64,000 bases of DNA from Sedimentisphaerales bacterium (GTDB lineage: Bacteria > Planctomycetota > Phycisphaerae > Sedimentisphaerales > SM23-30), in the NCBI GenBank assembly GCA_963663805.2, contig CAXXMR010000015.1:64001-128000 (forward strand). Reading direction: 5' to 3'. Below, one piece after another: positions 63,438-64,000 of this stretch. A model generated the notes under the pieces. The model was not told the origin of the DNA and made no database searches. It saw only the letters and a program-made list of their open reading frames with translations. The position numbers and the translations under genes are program-made. Numbering within the stretch: the first letter of the stretch is position 1; each line of letters opens with the position of its first letter.

Positions 63438-63476
63438 GGATTGATTAAAAATGTACCGTACGTCTTAAATTCTCCC
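63438..63476. repeat. 39-bp Rhs junction palindrome, copy 5
   Basis: GGATTGATTAAAAATGTAC-C-GTACGTCTTAAATTCTCCC. Confidence 0.9.
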
Positions 63477-63477
63477 G

Positions 63478-63827
63478 GCGGAAGGACTGCGCATCCAGCG
63501 AGATGTTTCAGCTGGCAGCATAACCATTACGCAGCCAGCGGAAGGACTGCGCACCCAGCAAAATGTTTACGCTCGCAGCAGTGGAGCTGCGCTGGCAGCG
63601 GCAGACCTGCGCACGCAGCAGAAGATCTACGCACTCTGCGCAGGGGCTGCGATCTCTGCGGCAAGTTTACGCACGCAGCGGAGAAGCTACGCACGGTGCG
63701 GGAAAGCTGCGCTCGCAGCGGAGGGCCTGCGCAGCCGGCGGAATGTCTGCGCTCGCAGCGGAGGAGCTGCGCTGCCAGCGGAAGGGCTACGCTCGCAGCG
63801 TAAGAGCTGCGCACTCAGCGCAGGAGC
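63478..63827. repeat. Second copy of the 20-bp degenerate tandem array
   Basis: 63438-64000 duplicates 55261-55820 with very few differences. Confidence 0.9.
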
Positions 63828-64000
63828 AAAGTAAATTGGAGTTATCGGTCGGCAGGGCGATATCAGTATCTTGCAAGCTGATTTTATGAGACTTTCCTCT
63901 GAATAACTGTTTTTGACATTCGACTTGCACTTATAAGACTTTGCTCTACCACAAAAATCTGATGATTTTCCGTTCAGCGTTTTTCCATAACGCTGAATCT

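Noticed and set aside
52579..63476. The palindrome as a translation start (GGGAG + ATG/GTG) for orphan modules
   Set aside because: In the copies I traced, the ATG/GTG is out of frame with the Rhs sequence or hits a stop, and two copies lack it.
52579..63476. The palindrome as a canonical dif site or integron attC
   Set aside because: Only TTAAAT matches the XerD arm. There are no RYYYAAC/GTTRRRY boxes and no intI gene in the window.

Overview
Accessory region, probably from a planctomycete (inferred from the DUF1559-type prepilin-like gene, the PEP-CTERM/LamG proteins and the integrase families). It has four zones. (1) 1.4-12.9 kb is IS debris: IS630 nested in an IS4-family element nested in an rve-integrase element end, a DUF2924/large serine recombinase module, and a partly duplicated IS21. 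(2) 13-29 kb is a minus-strand carbohydrate-use cluster: DUF2961/GH172-like, LamG, prepilin-like, PEP-CTERM, GntR/LacI regulator, SSS transporter, URO-D family. (3) 32.4-42.8 kb is a six-gene membrane cluster with three PspA/IM30 (ESCRT-III-like) paralogs, an NfeD-like gene, a flotillin and a ~1770-aa AAA+ ATPase, followed by a second serine-recombinase module. (4) 47.7-64 kb is an array of Rhs toxin-tip/immunity modules. The most striking signals are in zone 4. Five Rhs fragments start at the same codon, fused to a conserved 39-bp imperfect palindrome. Two of these sites abut a strictly phased, degenerate 17 x 20-bp array. A signal-peptide-bearing shell-less mini-Rhs is coupled to a transglutaminase-like gene. 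No tRNA, rRNA or CRISPR was seen. All family calls are by eye from motifs, not database searches.
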